A DNA stretch of 64,000 bases from assembly GCF_964355755.1 (NCBI RefSeq), contig NC_092676.1, positions 18,370,871-18,434,870 on the forward strand, in the 5' to 3' direction. Within the stretch, counting starts at the first letter, position 1, and every line of letters starts with the position of its first letter. Below, piece by piece: positions 60,307-64,000 of the stretch. The DNA comes from Antedon mediterranea. Taxonomy: Eukaryota; Animalia; Echinodermata. The translations under genes were made by a program, and so were the position numbers. The notes beneath the pieces are model-generated. The model was not told where the DNA came from, searched no databases, and saw nothing but the letters and a program-made list of their open reading frames with translations.

Positions 60307-63300
60307 ATGACAGACTCACTAGGAGCTATTACATGGTGGGGTTTTAGCCCTGCACTTGATTTACAAGATAAAGGTATACGATGTTCGATTTACATTTAAC
60401 CATAACATATGTTATGTTTAACCATATTTTTTTTTGTCAAATTGTGAATGCTTTCTAATTTCTTCTTGTTGCACAGCTGCTCTGAGTCCTGGGAAAAATC
60501 TTTGTTTTTTTATTGAGGATAGGCCTAGGCTGCCATCTAATTTTGTTGGTGTAAAGGCTATATTAGCACGATCAACCGTCTTCCTGACATATTGTTTTTT
60601 ATCTGTAGCTAAGCCTACAGTCAGCTGTTTCCTGATTGTGCACCTTTCTTAATTAATTTAATTCTGTTGTGGGTACACATGCTTGCAGTTAACTGTGTCG
60701 ATATAAAACTTTACATTACACATCCAGTCTACCGTGCCTTAACCTAAGCAATAGAAAACAAACAATTACATGCAGAGCCAAGTCATATATAGGCCCTATA
60801 CACTTTAAAGAAAGAGAATTAATTGTAGCTACACACCAACATAAAAGCTTCAACAAGGTTTTTTTCGACATCATCCCTGTAATAATACTAATTTTATTTT
60901 ATTTTTGTAGATATTGAAACGGAAGCTAAACATTTAAATTTAGACAATGAGTCGACTACTGAAGCTGTCAACATTTTGCTTGTTGGTGCGGGTGATATAC
61001 GACACATTCTGGAAACAATATCCCGAGCTTATCGCCACACCAACAAACAACTCAATGTGAGTATAAACCCACACATTTAGTTGATTACCGTTTATGAAGA
61101 ATTCCTGGAATCAAGTAGTCAATCAATCGTACCATTTTTTAAGCGCCACTCCAACGGTCATTGCTCATAGCGCTGTCAGAAAGAAAAGTTTTTAGACTTC
61201 AAACTTTCCAAAGATATCAAGTTTCTAAAACAGTATGTAAAGGTATGTTTCAGAGCCTATGCCCAGCAGTACTGAATGTCCGATCTCCCCAGCTATGTTT
61301 TCTCCTTGGAATGTGCAAGAGCATTTATTTGTTCGATCTCAGTTCTCTTTTCCTCAGTAAGCAAGAAGAAGGCAGAGACTAATGGACCTAAAAATAAAGT
61401 AGAAGGCTTATTTAAAAAAAATCCCTATTTTTAATTTTTAGCCAATTGAAATTGAGAAAAATTGAACTTAAGCCATGTCTACACTATCAAAAAATGTGAT
61501 GTGCCCATATATGGACATGATGATGTCATATCACTACCATATTTAGGCATATCACTACCATATTTGGGCACATCACACTTTCTTTGTCAAACTAGTTTGA
61601 TAGTGTAGACAAAGCTTTAGAAATAATAATAATATTGTTTACGTTTCAGTTTTACGTTGTTGAAAACAGCTTGGAATTGTTAGCGCGACAACTGCTTCTA
61701 CTGATGATTGCGTGTGAAGACAGGAATCGTATGGGACTACAAGAAAAGATGGAGCTATTCTTAGAAGTATTTGGCAATAGCCTAATTCGGCAGCAGACTA
61801 ACGAATACATAATTGAAAAGTCTAACTTGCTTATTAAGTATGTTTCAAATTCCTTTTTAAAGCTTGGTTCCCACTAGCGACGCAACGTAACGCAACCTAC
61901 ACAACGTAAGAAAATGCCCTTCCAATCATTGTGTTTGCCCCCGCCTGCGTGAAATCAAACCTGCGATGTTTGCAGCATTATTGCGTCGTCAGTTCCCACT
62001 TGTGATTATGCAATACAGAACTTTGCGTCAATACGTCGCTGCGTTGCGTCCTAGTGGGAACCACGCTTTAGAGACACATTTGTCCTGAGACAAGTTTCAC
62101 ATTTGTCGTATTCGTTTCGTGACTTTACCATTGAGTACAGTTTTTCATTTGAGTACTTATTTAACAGAGTATTCTGAGTGCTGATTGCTCTCAACAAAAA
62201 AGCTTGCGTTTGTTAATGTTTTCTATTCAAAAGATTTTCTGTTGAGCACCATCATTTTACAATCGGCATTTGAATACAAAAAGTACTCAACGAATCTTAT
62301 GTTTGACTACGATAAAATCAAATACGACAAAAAGTCAACATAAACAATATATTTGGAGTTATGTTTATGTTTATAAAATATACTAACCAAAACTGAAAAA
62401 CAAATTTTTATTGGATGATTATATGAATTATTACTCAAAATCATTTTGGTTTTGACCTACATGCAAAAAAATAATTATAATTTATTTTCAGAATGGTCAC
62501 AGATTTAGACTTCCTCGCATCTTCGTTCCCGGCACTTGATATTTCTGCTTTGAAGTTCAAGGAAAGAGATCAACTGGAAGCAATTTTCAAGTTTTGGAGA
62601 AACCCTGACAACCAAGTGTTTGATATATCAACTTATTGGTACATTTTAACTTTACGTTTCAAAAGATATAGACTAACTTTTGTCCCGGACTAGATAGTTC
62701 TGAACTAAAGTTATATTCCCTTTCAAGAATACGGGCCCTAAAGTTTGAGAGTCATGTGTTAAAGTATTGCTATAGTTCATTCATTATTCTTCATTAGTGG
62801 ATATCCATATTTTCATTTTCAACAGACAACTTATATCCGATTCGCACAAACAACACACATACATAAAAAATATCAAACAATTTGGTTTATATCTCCCAAG
62901 ATTATACTCTATATTTCACACTAGTTTGTTAAGTGTAATGTAAAAACTCAGTAGAAAGATACATGCACATAAGCACAGATACCACATGTTACATCAATGT
63001 ATTGACTTATTACCAACTTATTCCAAGATTTTACAAGTATAAGCACAGAAATGCTTTCACACAATACCTAGTTAATAATAATTTGTTATCAGTACATCAC
63101 TGTACTTTTTTATAAGATTTTTACAGGTATTAAACTGTACTTTTGTCTTGGGTTCTGCCATCTACCTCATATCTAAAGGCAGTTCCTTATCCTGATTCAC
63201 ACAATAGCTTTCACTAAATTTGTAAATTCCTCAATTTTGTCCACAGGGATAATCGAGTACGTAAACATCTTGATCAACGCTATGATTCACGGCGCAATTG

Positions 63301-63706
63301 TTTTGATTGGGACTACAATATGAAACTAAGGGATAGAGGAGCATCAGTTATTAATGCTAAACAGTATGGCGCTTGGAGAGACACTGGAGTGGCGTTTGAA
63401 GCCAGGGATGGCAACTATGACATTCCAAATAAGACATTGGCATCTGGTTTACTCTTTAAACAGGTACTGAATTTTGGAATTCTTCTCTGACTAGTCTTCA
63501 ATGATTGTTTCAGTTGTATTTCACACAACATATTATACTATATGTAGAAAACTCTGTTATTTACTGTGCTACTATGTTTTTAGGGAGGGGCTACAATGCA
63601 ACAACGTGGATACTGGGGTGATATTGTCTGCAGTCCTTACCTTGCATATGGAATTGAAAGTGAAAACAAAGAATTATTCAAGACTCAGAATGGAACACAT
63701 ATTAGG
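60307..63706 (+). CDS. DNAAF3: Dynein axonemal assembly factor 3 (PF22), 5' partial; continues beyond the window
   Basis: Exons 60307-60373, 60911-61056, ~61650-61837, ~62492-62637, ~63247-63462, 63584-63706. Peptides: GAITWWGFSPALDL, NILLVGAGDIRHIL, FYVVENSLELLARQLLLL, GLQEKMELFLEVFGNSL, LKFKERDQLE, RYDSRRNCFDWDY.M.L, PNKTLAS, RGYWGDIVCSPYLAYGIE. Confidence 0.95.
61471..61616. mobile_element. MITE family A copy
   Basis: agccatgtctacactatcaaa...tttgatagtgtagacaaagct with TTA/TAA flanks. Confidence 0.75.
61861..62067. mobile_element. MITE family B copy
   Basis: agcttggttcccactagcgacgcaacg...cgttgcgtcctagtgggaaccacgct with TAA/TTA flanks. Confidence 0.8.
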
Positions 63707-64000
63707 GTTAGTAAGTCACAACCATAGAGAAGAAGTCATATTTAATATCAGACACGATTGGGCTGCAGGCCTAAATTGTCTGGTTTTCTGGATGCAGGAG
63801 AGATTTTGAGACCTTACAGAAAATTATAGTTTTAGCAAAGTTTCCCCCGGAAGGCAGAGAGCAAGTGCACAATGCAATCAATGATAAACAGGTGCTCATG
63901 ATGCAACTGAGTCAGTAGTTTAAGTCACTTGTATTCAACTTCATACACAACTGCTTTAGAAACAGAGAAAGTGACATAACATTTGGTAAATTTGTTTATC

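Overview
AT-rich, intron-rich animal genomic DNA, not prokaryotic. A Deu-domain SINE and abundant TAGGCCTA motifs suggest an invertebrate deuterostome, perhaps an echinoderm (inference). I spliced six protein-coding genes by hand using GT-AG sites with consistent phases: (1) a 24-exon, ~2200-aa NWD1/NWD2-family DUF4062-NACHT-WD40 gene (+); (2) a small secreted Cys-rich IGFBP-N/follistatin-like gene (-); (3) CNOT11 (-); (4) an NDUFV3-like complex I subunit (+) that the ORF track misses, head-to-head with CNOT11; (5) CWF19L1 (-); (6) the 5' part of DNAAF3 (+), head-to-head with CWF19L1. Introns and intergenic DNA are packed with non-autonomous elements. These include a 2.6-kb near-perfect palindrome with IS3EU-type TATGG..CCATA ends and a 6-bp TSD, a Helitron nested in a Helitron, three stacked palindromic elements in CNOT11 intron 1, two multi-copy MITE families, a 5S+tRNA+Deu-domain SINE, a minimal Penelope-type hammerhead ribozyme, and Crypton-like, Helentron-like and LINE remnants. 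I found no convincing new multi-gene system. The most novel signals are mobile-element architectures, the cryptic small genes and promoter-proximal CTAG/AGGCCT tracts. All family assignments come from recalled motifs, not database searches.
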